Shown one piece after another: positions 10,678 through 20,113 of a stretch of DNA of 64,000 bases. Numbering within the stretch: position 1 is the first letter of the stretch; each line of letters begins with the position of its first letter. Both the position numbers and the translations under genes were made by a program. The stretch lies in the NCBI GenBank assembly GCA_963727485.1, contig CAVSGM010000002.1, positions 1,216,001 to 1,280,000 on the forward strand. Direction: 5' to 3'. Under the pieces are notes generated by a model. That model was not told the DNA's origin. It saw only the letters and a list, made by a program, of their open reading frames with translations, and did not search any database. The DNA comes from an uncultured delta proteobacterium (GTDB lineage: Bacteria; Myxococcota; Myxococcia; SLRQ01).

Positions 10678-11874
10678 CTAGACGCCGTAGTCGGGCTCGG
10701 GGAACGGCGGCCCGGGCCGGGCGAAGAGGAAGCCCTGGAAGAGGTCGCACCCGAGGTCGATGAGGACGTCGCGCTCGCCCACCGTCTCGACCCCCTCGGC
10801 GATGATCCGGATCTCCATCTCGCCGCAGAGCTGCACGAAGCTGCGGATCACCTTCTGCTTGGTGGGCGAGGCGTCGACGCCCCGGACCAGCGCCATGTCG
10901 AGCTTCACCACGTCGGGCTCGAGGCTGGAGAAGGTGGTGAGCCCGGCGTAGCCGGCCCCGAGGTCGTCCACGGCGATGCGGTAGCCCATCTCCCGGAGCT
11001 CGGCGACGGTCTCCCGCACCCCGCTGATCCCGTCGAGGCTCGCCCGCTCGGTGATCTCCAGGACCACCCGGTCGGCCCGGGCCGCCAGCGGCGCGACGGG
11101 CGAGAGGAGGTCCGGGTCCTTGAGGTCCTGGCTGTGGAGGTTCACGAAGAGCAGGGGGGCGTCGTCGCCCGTACCCTCGAAGGGCACCGGCGCCTGGTGG
11201 CGCACCGCCCGGCCCAGGTCGCGCATCCGGTGGAGGCGCTCGGCGGCGTCGAGGAGGGCGCCGGGGTGGGGCAGGGTCTCGCTCTTCGAGCGCACCAGGG
11301 CCTCGAAGGCGAAGATCCGCTTCTCCTTCCAGGAGATGATCGGCTGGTAGTGGAGGTGGAGCTTCTCCAGGGCGTCGTCGAAGGAGACCTCGAGGCCCGC
11401 CTGGTCGCCGACGCCGCGGTCCATCTCGCCCAGGAGGCTCAAGGCCTCGCGCTTGAGCCGGGCGATCTTGGAGAGGCGGACCGCCTCCCGGGTGACGTCG
11501 ATGATCTCCTGGGTGCGCACCGGCTTCACCAGGTAGCGAAGCGCCCCGTACTCCACCGCGCGGATCGCCGTCTCCAGGCTCGGCGCCGCGGTGACGAAGA
11601 CCACCGGGACGTCGAGGTCGACCTTGCGGATGGCCTTGAGGAGGTCGACCCCGTCGAGGCCGGGCATGGTGAGATCGGTGAGGACCGCGTCGAAGGGCTG
11701 CTGGGCGAAGAGCTCCGCCGCCTCCACGCCGTCGCGGGCGGTGACGATGTCGTAGCCCTGGGGCTCGAGGACCATCTGGAACACCCGGAGGATCTCCGGC
11801 TCGTCGTCGGCGATGAGCACCCGCGGGACGTCGGGGGATGCCTCTTCCTTGGTCTCCGCCACAGCGTCCGCCAT
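10678..11874 (-). CDS. Response regulator receiver + EAL c-di-GMP phosphodiesterase
   Basis: REC: VLIADDE, DAVLTDLTMPGLDG, YLVKP. EAL: YQPII, FEALVR, LFVN, EITE, DDLGAGY, VKLD, AEGVET, QGFLF. Confidence 0.92.
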   Translation of the reverse strand: MADAVAETKEEASPDVPRVLIADDEPEILRVFQMVLEPQGYDIVTARDGVEAAELFAQQPFDAVLTDLTMPGLDGVDLLKAIRKVDLDVPVVFVTAAPSLETAIRAVEYGALRYLVKPVRTQEIIDVTREAVRLSKIARLKREALSLLGEMDRGVGDQAGLEVSFDDALEKLHLHYQPIISWKEKRIFAFEALVRSKSETLPHPGALLDAAERLHRMRDLGRAVRHQAPVPFEGTGDDAPLLFVNLHSQDLKDPDLLSPVAPLAARADRVVLEITERASLDGISGVRETVAELREMGYRIAVDDLGAGYAGLTTFSSLEPDVVKLDMALVRGVDASPTKQKVIRSFVQLCGEMEIRIIAEGVETVGERDVLIDLGCDLFQGFLFARPGPPFPEPDYGV

Positions 11875-11963
11875 GGAGGCATGATACAGCGGGTCGCCGC
11901 GCCGTTGCACCCACGCCCGCGGCTTTTCCGCGGCCCGGCGCCCGCGGGGCCCGACGTCACGCC

Positions 11964-13139
11964 ATGCGCATCGCCCTCGTCTACTTCTTCCTCTTCGGCG
12001 CGGTGGGCATCCTCCTTCCGTACCTACCCCCGTACCTCAAGGCCCTGGGCTTCTCCGGGTCCGAGGTGGGCGTGGTCGGCGGGATCCCCTCGCTGCTCCA
12101 GATCGGGGTGCCGCTGGTCTGGGGCTTCGTCGCGGATCGGACGCGGCGGCCGGTGCGGGTCCTCCAGGTGGCGGCCTTCGGCGCGGCGCTGTGCTTCGCC
12201 CCGCTCCTCGGCGCCCACGGCTTCGTGGCGGTGGTCGCCGTCATCGCCACCTACGGGCTCTTCTCCTCGACCCTCTCGCCGCTCGCCGACTCGGTGGCGG
12301 TGGTCGCCGCCCGGGAGGCGGGCACCGAGTACGCGCGCCTGCGCCTCTGGGGATCGGTGGGGTTCATCGTCACCACCTACCTCTTCGGCCTCTGGCTCTC
12401 GGGGGCGGGCCACGCCTCCGACGCGGTGCCGGCGACCCTCGGCCTCCTGGCGCTGATGGCCGTGTCCACCCTGCTCCTCACCCCCGGGGTCCCGCCGCCG
12501 ACGGTGCCCGCCCTCGCCGACGCCCGCCGGCTGGTCGCCCGCCCGGGGCTGATGCTCTTCCTGGGCGCCTGCCTCCTCCACTGGGCGGCCCTCGGGCCCT
12601 TCCACGTCCTCTTCGCCATCCACCTCGAGGACCTGGGGGTCCCCGCCCGGGACGTGGGCGCGGGCCTGGCGGGGGCGGTCATCGCCGAGGTGGCGGTGAT
12701 GCGCTTCTTCCACCGGCTCCGGGCCAGGTGGCCGATCTACGGGATCCTCACGGTCGCCTTCCTCGCCAGCGCCCTGCGCTGGTGGCTCACCGCCCACCTC
12801 GGCGCCGGCCCGGCCCTGGTCTGGGTGCAGCTCCTCCACGGCCTGTCCTTCGGCGCCTTCTTCGTCGCCGCCATCCACCACCTGGAGCGCACCGTCCCCG
12901 AGGCGCTCCGGGCCACCGGCCGCGCCCTCTTCGGCGCGGTGGCCTTCGGGGTCGGCGGGGTGATCGGGGCGGTGATGGCCGGGCGCCTCTACGACCTGGG
13001 CGGCGGGCGGCTGGCCTTCGAGGCCGCGGCGGCCCTGGACCTGGTGGCGCCGCTCCTCCTCCTGGCCTCGGCGTGGGCGGACCGGGGTCACGGCGGCGAC
13101 GCGGTGCGCGGCGTGGACGCCGGCCGGGCCCCGGTCTAG
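11964..13139 (+). CDS. MFS transporter (MFS_1-like / nucleoside:H+ symporter type)
   Basis: About 12 hydrophobic segments, WGFVADRTRR loop motif, YARLRLWGSVGF, QLLHGLSFG. Confidence 0.85.
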   Translation: MRIALVYFFLFGAVGILLPYLPPYLKALGFSGSEVGVVGGIPSLLQIGVPLVWGFVADRTRRPVRVLQVAAFGAALCFAPLLGAHGFVAVVAVIATYGLFSSTLSPLADSVAVVAAREAGTEYARLRLWGSVGFIVTTYLFGLWLSGAGHASDAVPATLGLLALMAVSTLLLTPGVPPPTVPALADARRLVARPGLMLFLGACLLHWAALGPFHVLFAIHLEDLGVPARDVGAGLAGAVIAEVAVMRFFHRLRARWPIYGILTVAFLASALRWWLTAHLGAGPALVWVQLLHGLSFGAFFVAAIHHLERTVPEALRATGRALFGAVAFGVGGVIGAVMAGRLYDLGGGRLAFEAAAALDLVAPLLLLASAWADRGHGGDAVRGVDAGRAPV

Positions 13140-13149
13140 AACGGGGGCC

Positions 13150-14211
13150 ATGGAAGCGGTCCGCCTCACGCAGTTCAGCCACGGCGCTGGTTGAGCCTGC
13201 AAGCTCCGCCCCGCGGAGCTGGCGCAGGTGCTGCGTCATCTACCGGCCGTCACCGATGCCGACGTGATCGTGGGAACCGACACCCGCGACGACGCCGCCG
13301 TGTACCGTCTCGACGCCCGGACGGCGCTGGTGGTGACCACCGACTTCTTCACCCCGGTGGTCGACGACGCCTACGACTTCGGGCGCATCGCCGCGGCCAA
13401 CGCCCTGTCCGACGTCTACGCCATGGGCGGCCGGCCGCTCCTGGCCCTGAACCTGGTGGCCTTCCCCCGCTCGCTGCCCATGGGGCTGCTCGGGCGCATC
13501 ATCGAGGGCGGGGCCGCGGTGGCCAGGGAGGCGGGGATCGCCCTGGTCGGCGGCCACTCCATCGACGACCCCGAGCCCAAGTACGGCCTGGCGGTGGTGG
13601 GCACCGTGGCGCCGAGCGCGGTGATGCGCAACGTCGGCGCCCTCCCTGGCGACGTGCTGGTGCTCACCAAGCCGCTCGGGACCGGGGTGGTGAACACCGC
13701 CCTCAAGCGCGGGCTCACCAGCCGCGCCGAGATCCACGAGGTGACCGAGCTGATGGCCACGCTGAACCGCGCCGCCGGCGAGGTCTTCGTGGCCCACCGG
13801 CGCAGCGTCCACGCCCTCACCGACGTCACCGGCTTCGGCCTCCTCGGGCACCTGCTGGCCCTGGTCGAGGGCTCGGGGGTCCGGGCGCGGCTCTCGGCTG
13901 CCGCGGTGCCGCTGCTCGACTCGGCCCGGCGCTACGCCGCCGAGGGGATCTTCCCCGGCGGGTCGGTGGCGAACCTCGAGGCGGTGCGGGACAAGGTCCG
14001 GTTCCAGGGGGCGGCGAAGGGCGACCCGGTGGTGGCCGGCCTCCTCGCCGACGCCCAGACCTCCGGGGGGCTGCTGGCGGCGGTGGCGCCCCGGGCGGCC
14101 GGGCGGATCCTGCGGGCCCTCGAGGACGCCGGGGCCCCGGTGGCCGCGGTCATCGGCGAGGTCGAGGCCTGCGGGCCGAGGGCCCGGGTCCGGATCGTCG
14201 TCGGCGACTGA
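13150..14211 (+). CDS. selD: Selenide, water dikinase (selenophosphate synthetase), selenoprotein with in-frame UGA at 13192-13194
   Basis: From ATG 13150: MEAVRLTQFSHGAG-U-ACKLRPAELAQVL, in frame with ORF 13228..14211 (DDAAVY, TTDFFTPVVDD, ANALSDVYAMGG, GGHSIDD, DVTGFGLLGH, DAQTSGGLL). The UGA sits at the catalytic (C/U)xxK position. Confidence 0.95.
13195..13229 (+). promoter_or_regulatory. Candidate bacterial SECIS hairpin immediately 3' of the selD UGA
   Basis: Outer stem gcctgc/gcaggt; inner perfect 8-bp stem agctccgc-(ccc)-gcggagct at 13202-13220. Confidence 0.6.
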
Positions 14212-14310
14212 CCGCGGGGACGGAGCGCGGGGACCAACCGCCGGGGCGGAGCGCGGCGACGGACCTCGGCGACCGGGCGCGGGGCCGCCGCCCCCCGGGT
14301 CGGGCCTTGC

Positions 14311-14340
14311 TTGACATGAAGTTGAGAATAGTTTTCATTC
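14311..14340 (+). promoter_or_regulatory. TTGACA -35 element and Fur-box-like site
   Basis: AT-rich island ttgacatgaagttgagaatagttttcattc. TGAGAAT-A-GTTTTCA (14323-14337) matches 11 of 14 positions of the 7-1-7 Fur consensus TGATAATnATTATCA. Confidence 0.65.
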
Positions 14341-14369
14341 GCTAAACCCTCACGGACCCCGGAGCGCCC

Positions 14370-15110
14370 ATGTCCCCGAGCCGCCTCGCCCCCCTCGCCG
14401 TCGCCGGCCTCCTCGCCGCCGGCCTCACCCCCCGCGCCGCCCACGCCGACCGGCGCACCCTCGTCCGCGCCTACGAGTACGCCACCCAGCCCAGGGGGAA
14501 CCTCGACCTCGAGCTCTGGAACGACGTCGCCAGCCCCCGGGTCGGCGGCCTCGGCGCCGCCACCGTCACCCCGCGCCTCGAGCTCGAGTACGGGATCACC
14601 GACCACTGGGACCTCGCCCTCTACCACGTGTTCCAGCAGGGCCCGGGCGAGGCGTTCCACCTCGACGCCTGGCGCCTGGAGACCCGCTACCGCTTCGCCG
14701 AGCGGGGCCTGTGGCCGGTGGACGTGATGGTCTACCTCGAGGTCGAGCGACCGGCGGACCTCGCCGCGCCCTTCGAGGTCGAGGAGCGCCTGGTGCTCCA
14801 GCGCGACCTCGGGGGCCTGGCCCTGGTGGCGAATGTCTCCGCCGAGCAGCACCTCCTCCGGGGGGATCTCGGCCACCGCTACGAGGTGGACCTCGGCGCC
14901 CGCTACGAGGTGGTGCCGGCGCTGCGGGTGGGCCTCGAGGGCTGGAGCCGGACCGAGGTCGTCGGGTCGAGGGTGACCACCGGCTTCTACCTCGGGCCCG
15001 GGATCTCGGTGGCGACGGACAAGTTCTGGTTCCAGGTGGGTGCCGGCGCCGGCCTGGGCCCAAGCCCCGACGCCCTCTTCGTGCGCTCGGTCCTGGGGAT
15101 CACCCTGTGA
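14370..15110 (+). CDS. Secreted protein, predicted outer-membrane beta-barrel
   Basis: Signal peptide ending AHA, and alternating hydrophobic/aromatic strands (LELEYGITDHWDLALY, WRLETRYRF, VMVYLEVE, FYLGPGISV, FWFQVGAG). Confidence 0.65.
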   Translation: MSPSRLAPLAVAGLLAAGLTPRAAHADRRTLVRAYEYATQPRGNLDLELWNDVASPRVGGLGAATVTPRLELEYGITDHWDLALYHVFQQGPGEAFHLDAWRLETRYRFAERGLWPVDVMVYLEVERPADLAAPFEVEERLVLQRDLGGLALVANVSAEQHLLRGDLGHRYEVDLGARYEVVPALRVGLEGWSRTEVVGSRVTTGFYLGPGISVATDKFWFQVGAGAGLGPSPDALFVRSVLGITL

Positions 15111-15411
15111 GGGGCCTGGGCCTCGGCCGGCGCGCCCGCGCCGCGATCCGCGCCTCGGGCGTCCTCGGCTCGCCTTCGCCCTCCCCGCCTGCGCCGGGCT
15201 GATGCTCGGGGGCCCGGTGACCGAGGGCCACCGCCTCTACCTCGCCAAGTGCACCACCTGCCACCGGGCCTACGAGCCGGCGCGCTTCACCCCGGACCAC
15301 TGGCGCCAGGCGGTGGCGAAGATGACGCGCAAGGGCCGGGTGCACCTCACCGCCGACGAGCGGGCGGCGATCCTCGGGTACCTCACCGGCGCCGAGGTCG
15401 CCGACCGCTAG
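15107..15411 (+). CDS. Small monohaem cytochrome c, probable lipoprotein; likely frameshift near 15165
   Basis: The GTG overlaps the upstream stop. Downstream frame reads LAFALPAC...LYLAKCTTCHRAY...W...VAKM. The start position is uncertain. Confidence 0.65.
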
Positions 15412-16985
15412 AACGCGTCGGGCCGGGCGGCCTCCCACGCCGCCCGCCAGCCCTCGGGCCCGCCGCCGTCGAGGAGCGCCCCGGGCGCCACCTGGGGGTA
15501 GAGCTCGGCGAAGGACCGGACCTCGGTGGGGCTCACCCGGCGGAAGAGCCGGTCGGCGGTGATCTCGCCGGGGTGCGCGAGGCCCGCGGCGCCGGTGAGC
15601 TCCAGCAGGTGGTCCACGGTGTTCTGCTGGAACCGCGCCACCCGCGCCCGCTTCTCGCCGACGACCAGGCCTTGGACCAGGAGCGGGTCCTGGGTGGCGA
15701 CCCCGGTGGGGCAGGTGTTGGCGTTGCACCGCAGCGCCTGGATGCACCCCAGCGAGAACATCATGGCCCGGGCGCTGTTCACCGTGTCGGCGCCAAGCCC
15801 GAGGCGCACCGCCAGGTCGAAGCCGTCGATGGTCCGCCCCGAGGCGATGAGGCGCACCTTCTCGCGCAGTCCCGCGCCCGTGAGGCCCCCGTGGACCAGG
15901 GCCAGGGCGTCGAAGAGGGGCCAGCCCACCGCGTTGGAGAACTCCAGCGGCGCGGCGCCGGTCCCGCCCTCGGCCCCGTCGACGGTGATGAAGTCCGGGG
16001 AGAGGCCGGTCTCCTTCATCGCCTTGAGGATGGCGAAGACCTCCTGGCGCCGGCCCACGCACAGCTTGAAGCCCACCGGCTTGCCGGAGGAGAGCTCCCG
16101 GAGCTTCGTCACGAACTCCAGGAGCCCGGTGGGGCCGTCGAAGGCCGAGTGGGCCGGGGGCGAGATCACCGCCTGGCCCATGGGCACCCCGCGGATCCGC
16201 GCGATCTCCTCGGTGACCTTCACCGCCGGGAGGATGCCCCCGTGGCCGGGCTTGGCGCCCTGGGAGAGCTTCACCTCGATCATCTTCACCGCGTCGTGCT
16301 TTGCCCGGGCGGCGAAGCGCTCGGCGTCGAAGCCGCCCTCGGGGGTCCGGCACCCGAAGTAGCCGGTGCCGATCTGCCACACCAGGTCGCCGCCGGGCTC
16401 GAGGTGGTAGGGCGAGAGGCCGCCCTCGCCGGTGTTGTGGAAGAACCCGCCGTCCCGGGCGCCGCCGTTGAGCGCGCGGATCGCCGCCTTGGACAGCGCC
16501 CCGTAGCTCATCGCCGAGACGTTGAGGAGCGCGGCGTCGTAGGGCTGCTCGCACCGGCCCTCGCCGAAGCGCACCCGGGGCGGCGTCTCGGGCGGCGGCA
16601 CCGGCTTGAGGGAGTGCTCAATCCACTCGACGCCCTCGGCGTAGACGTCGTGGCGGGTGCCGAAGGGGAGCGTGTCCCGATCCTCCTTGGCGCGCTGGTA
16701 GACCACCGAGCGCTGCTCCCGGCTGAAGGGCCGCCCGTTGGTGTCCGACTCGATGAAGTACTGGTGCATCTCCGGGCGGAGGAACTCGAAGAGGAAGCGC
16801 CCGTGGCCGATGACCGGGAAGTTCCGGAGGATGGTGTGGCGGGTCTGGGTGACGTCGTGGATCCCCACGCCCACCAGGCCGAAGACCGGGATCAGGGCCA
16901 TCCACGCCGGGTGCCACTGCCAGGTCCAGACCCCGACCACCGCCACCAGGATCACCGAGCCGATGAGGAAGATGCGTCGCGCCAT
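15408..16985 (-). CDS. FMN-binding glutamate synthase family protein (membrane-anchored, YerD-like)
   Basis: NVSAMSYGALS, NTGEGG, QIGTGYFG, EVKLSQGAKPGHGGILP, DGAEGGTGAAP, CIQALRCNANTCPTGVATQ. Confidence 0.92.
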   Translation of the reverse strand: MARRIFLIGSVILVAVVGVWTWQWHPAWMALIPVFGLVGVGIHDVTQTRHTILRNFPVIGHGRFLFEFLRPEMHQYFIESDTNGRPFSREQRSVVYQRAKEDRDTLPFGTRHDVYAEGVEWIEHSLKPVPPPETPPRVRFGEGRCEQPYDAALLNVSAMSYGALSKAAIRALNGGARDGGFFHNTGEGGLSPYHLEPGGDLVWQIGTGYFGCRTPEGGFDAERFAARAKHDAVKMIEVKLSQGAKPGHGGILPAVKVTEEIARIRGVPMGQAVISPPAHSAFDGPTGLLEFVTKLRELSSGKPVGFKLCVGRRQEVFAILKAMKETGLSPDFITVDGAEGGTGAAPLEFSNAVGWPLFDALALVHGGLTGAGLREKVRLIASGRTIDGFDLAVRLGLGADTVNSARAMMFSLGCIQALRCNANTCPTGVATQDPLLVQGLVVGEKRARVARFQQNTVDHLLELTGAAGLAHPGEITADRLFRRVSPTEVRSFAELYPQVAPGALLDGGGPEGWRAAWEAARPDAF

Positions 16986-17311
16986 CGGACCAGTGTAGCT
17001 GAGACTGCGGCTCCGGCGTCAGGGGTCGAAGGCGAGCACCTGACCGAAGCGGCCGGGCCAACCTGGACGGTGACCGCCGGAGACCAGCGCTTTGGCATCT
17101 CGTTGGCCGATGGTCCCGCGGAGGAGCATGGGCACTCGCCCGTCTGCGCCGCCGGGCGGCTTCAAAGGAGCCAGCATCATTTCCATATCTACATGAAGAT
17201 CGAGATATCAATACCCAGAACAGGTGAGGTCATTTGGCATGCTGGTGACGTCGTTCCGAAGTCCGACAAAGGAGCATTTTCCTTATGAATCAACGCTGTC
17301 TCGATCTCGTG

Positions 17312-17340
17312 TTGACGAGTCTTCTGGATTTCTCCATCCT
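17312..17340 (+). promoter_or_regulatory. Possible sigma70 promoter for the 17487 gene
   Basis: TTGACG-N17-CATCCT within a lower-GC spacer. Confidence 0.35.
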
Positions 17341-17486
17341 GCGCCAGCTTCGCTCTCGATCCCGAGCCCGGCCACCGACGACCCAGCCCGCGCTCCCCGG
17401 GTGGCCCCCCGAATCCTCACCGACCGTTCTGCGGTCCGGGCAGGGAGCGGTGTGTTCTCAAGCCCACTCGAAGAGGAAATATTGCG

Positions 17487-19106
17487 ATGTCAGTGAACAC
17501 AAGCGTCACCATCGCCCGCCGCTCCACCATCGTGCCCGGCGACCCGTTCCAGGTCCTCGCCACCCTCTGCGACCAGCTCGGAAACGCGTCGATCGAGGAG
17601 GTCTCCGTCTCGCTCAACGGCCGGCGCGTCTACCCCCCGACCGGGGACCGCTACCACGGCGTCGACGTCGGCCAGTCCGGGCGTCAGCTCCAGCTCTACC
17701 CCCTCACCGTGGATCTCCATCGGCTTCAGGGGATGGACTGGACCGAGGCGCAGATTGACGAGCTCTACCGCGTCACCAACCGGATCCTGGTGGAGTTCGC
17801 GGTCCAGTACACCACCCCGACGACCGGGGGTCCCGCCCAGCGCGTCTCCCGCGCCTTCGCCATGGTGACCGTCGAGCCCGCCAACCGCGAGCCGGTGGTC
17901 ACCATCCGCTTCGAGGACACGTCTTCGGCCCACAACCCCATCCCCCATGGCATCTGGAACGAGGCGTACCGGGTCGTCGCCACCGTGGAGAACGTCGAGA
18001 CCCGGCCCATCGACGTCCAGATCGCCCTCGACGAGGTGCTCACCGGTTCCGGGGACCGTCCCTGGATCGCGGGGCTGCCCGAGCGCCACACCATCCCCGC
18101 CGGCCGCAGCCACGACATCCCCTTCCCCATCGCCGCCAAGGACTGGAACTGGTTCGACACCAACCTCGCCCACGGGCCGTTCTCCCAGGAGTTCGCCTAC
18201 ACCGTCGACGTCTTCGGCCACGACGGCTTCGGCAACCGGCTCGCGCGGCTGACAGCGGAGGTCCCGTTCGAGGTGAAGGTACCGGACGAGAAGAAGAACT
18301 GGGCCATCTCCGCCAGCGTCAACACCGTGTGGGGCGCCTTGGATTTCGTCGTCTCCAAGTTCATCCCCGAGCCGTTTGGCGCCCTCGTCGACCTGATTGG
18401 CAAAGTCCACGACGCCTCCGCCGAGATCAGCGCCCACATCGCCGAGGATCCGCCGCAGCCCGACAAGGCCTTCACCACCCCGGCCAAGCTGAAGCTCCCG
18501 CCGCTCCTCAAGAAGCTGACGGGCAAGCGGCTGCCCCACTTCGAGGCCTGGTCGCGGGCCGCCCTGGAGATCCCGGCGCGCCGCAACCACCTCTACGCCA
18601 TCGAGGCCAAGGTCCTCGGCGCCGTCGAGGCCAAGGACGGGAAGGCCGAGGCGGCGCGGGTCGCCGAGTACCAGGCCCAGATCGCCGAGATGGGCAAGCT
18701 CTACGCCGAGATGGCCGGCTCGGTGGAGCCGGCGATCGCCGAGCTGGCCCAGCACGGCTTCACCCAGGCGCTTCTCGACGGCGAGATCGCGGACCTCCAC
18801 GCGGCCCTCCAGACCACCGACCAGGTCACGGCGTTCCAGGACCGCCTGGCCAAGCAGCCCAAGGACGCCGCGGCCCTCGGGCCCCACCTGGAGACCTTCC
18901 GCCGCCTCGACCCCGAGGCCCTCGACCTCCGGCGCAATCTCCGGAAGATCACCGTGACCCTGGGCCGGGCCCTCAAGGGCACCACCGAGGCGTCCATCCA
19001 GCGCTACCATCAGGTGCAGCCGAGCCGCTTTGGCAAGGACCTGGCGCCGCTGCCACTTCACGTTCCGGTGATCCGGCGGGTCCTGGTCCGGCCCAAGAAG
19101 GGGTGA
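17487..19106 (+). CDS. Hypothetical protein, 539 aa (beta-rich N-half, hydrophobic hairpin + DPP, helical C-half)
   Basis: Long ORF with GC3-biased codons, normal amino-acid composition and a GAGG RBS. No family recognised. Confidence 0.75.
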   Translation: MSVNTSVTIARRSTIVPGDPFQVLATLCDQLGNASIEEVSVSLNGRRVYPPTGDRYHGVDVGQSGRQLQLYPLTVDLHRLQGMDWTEAQIDELYRVTNRILVEFAVQYTTPTTGGPAQRVSRAFAMVTVEPANREPVVTIRFEDTSSAHNPIPHGIWNEAYRVVATVENVETRPIDVQIALDEVLTGSGDRPWIAGLPERHTIPAGRSHDIPFPIAAKDWNWFDTNLAHGPFSQEFAYTVDVFGHDGFGNRLARLTAEVPFEVKVPDEKKNWAISASVNTVWGALDFVVSKFIPEPFGALVDLIGKVHDASAEISAHIAEDPPQPDKAFTTPAKLKLPPLLKKLTGKRLPHFEAWSRAALEIPARRNHLYAIEAKVLGAVEAKDGKAEAARVAEYQAQIAEMGKLYAEMAGSVEPAIAELAQHGFTQALLDGEIADLHAALQTTDQVTAFQDRLAKQPKDAAALGPHLETFRRLDPEALDLRRNLRKITVTLGRALKGTTEASIQRYHQVQPSRFGKDLAPLPLHVPVIRRVLVRPKKG

Positions 19107-19194
19107 CCGTCCTCCGCCCGGGCCGGTCCCCGTGGCCGGCCCGGCTGGGGGCACTGGCACGGACGCCGTCGCCGGGCTACCGTGACCCGCTCCG

Positions 19195-20109
19195 ATGCGC
19201 CCCAAGAGCCTCCTCCACCTCGTCCTCCTCGCCTGCATCTGGGGCTCGAGCTACCTGCTGATCAAGGTCGGCCTCCACGGCATGACCCCGATCCAGATCG
19301 TCCTCGGCCGGCTCACCGGCGGGGCCCTGGTGCTCCTGGTCCTCGCCCGGATCCAGGGCAGCGCGCTCCCCCGGGACCCGCGGATCTGGGGCCACTTCGT
19401 GATCCTGGGGATCGTCGGCAACATCCTCCCCTACTTCCTCTTCGGCTTCGGGGAGACCCACATCCCCTCGAGCCTCGCCGGGGTGTTCAACGCCACCACC
19501 CCCCTGTGGACCACGGCCCTGGCGATGCTGGCGCTCCCCGAGGAGCGGCCGACCCTCAAGCGCGTCGCCGGCCTGGTGGTGGGCTTCGGCGGGGTGTTCA
19601 TCCTCGTGGCGCCCTGGCGCACCAACGTCGGCGGCGCCTCGCTCATCGGCGAGCTCGCCTGCCTCGGCGCCGCGGCGAGCTACGGGGTGAGCTTCGTGTG
19701 GATGCGCCGGTTCCTCGCCGGCCGGGGGATCACCTCGACCACGCTGGCCGCCGGGCAGATCACCGTGGCCGCGGCCATGCTCTGGATCGCCGCCCCGGTG
19801 GTCGCCGCCACCCCGATGCGGCTCACGGTGCCGGTCATCGCCGCGGTGGGGGCGCTCGGCGTGGCCAACACCGGCGTCGCCTACATCCTCAACTACAAGC
19901 TGGTGCAGGAGGCCGGCGCCACCCGGGCCTCGCTGGTGACCTACCTGATCCCGGTGGTGGCGGTGTTCCTCGGGGTCACCTTCCTCGCCGAGGCGCTCAC
20001 CTGGAACCTCTTCGCCGGCGCCGCCGTGGTGTTCCTGGCGGTGAGCCTGATGGAGGGGCGGATCCGGGCGCTGATCGCCGCGCTGCGGACCCCCACCACC
20101 GGGAGCTGA
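19195..20109 (+). CDS. DMT/EamA family transporter
   Basis: LACIWGSSYLLIK, SSLAGVFNATTPLW, ASLVTYLIPVVAVFLG; about 10 TM segments. Confidence 0.92.
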   Translation: MRPKSLLHLVLLACIWGSSYLLIKVGLHGMTPIQIVLGRLTGGALVLLVLARIQGSALPRDPRIWGHFVILGIVGNILPYFLFGFGETHIPSSLAGVFNATTPLWTTALAMLALPEERPTLKRVAGLVVGFGGVFILVAPWRTNVGGASLIGELACLGAAASYGVSFVWMRRFLAGRGITSTTLAAGQITVAAAMLWIAAPVVAATPMRLTVPVIAAVGALGVANTGVAYILNYKLVQEAGATRASLVTYLIPVVAVFLGVTFLAEALTWNLFAGAAVVFLAVSLMEGRIRALIAALRTPTTGS

Positions 20110-20113
20110 CGCC

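Noticed and set aside
16995..17288. Open stretch ending ...KSDKGAFSL* in the lower-GC spacer
   Set aside because: There is no convincing start, atypical codon usage and no recognisable motif; it cannot be supported as a gene.
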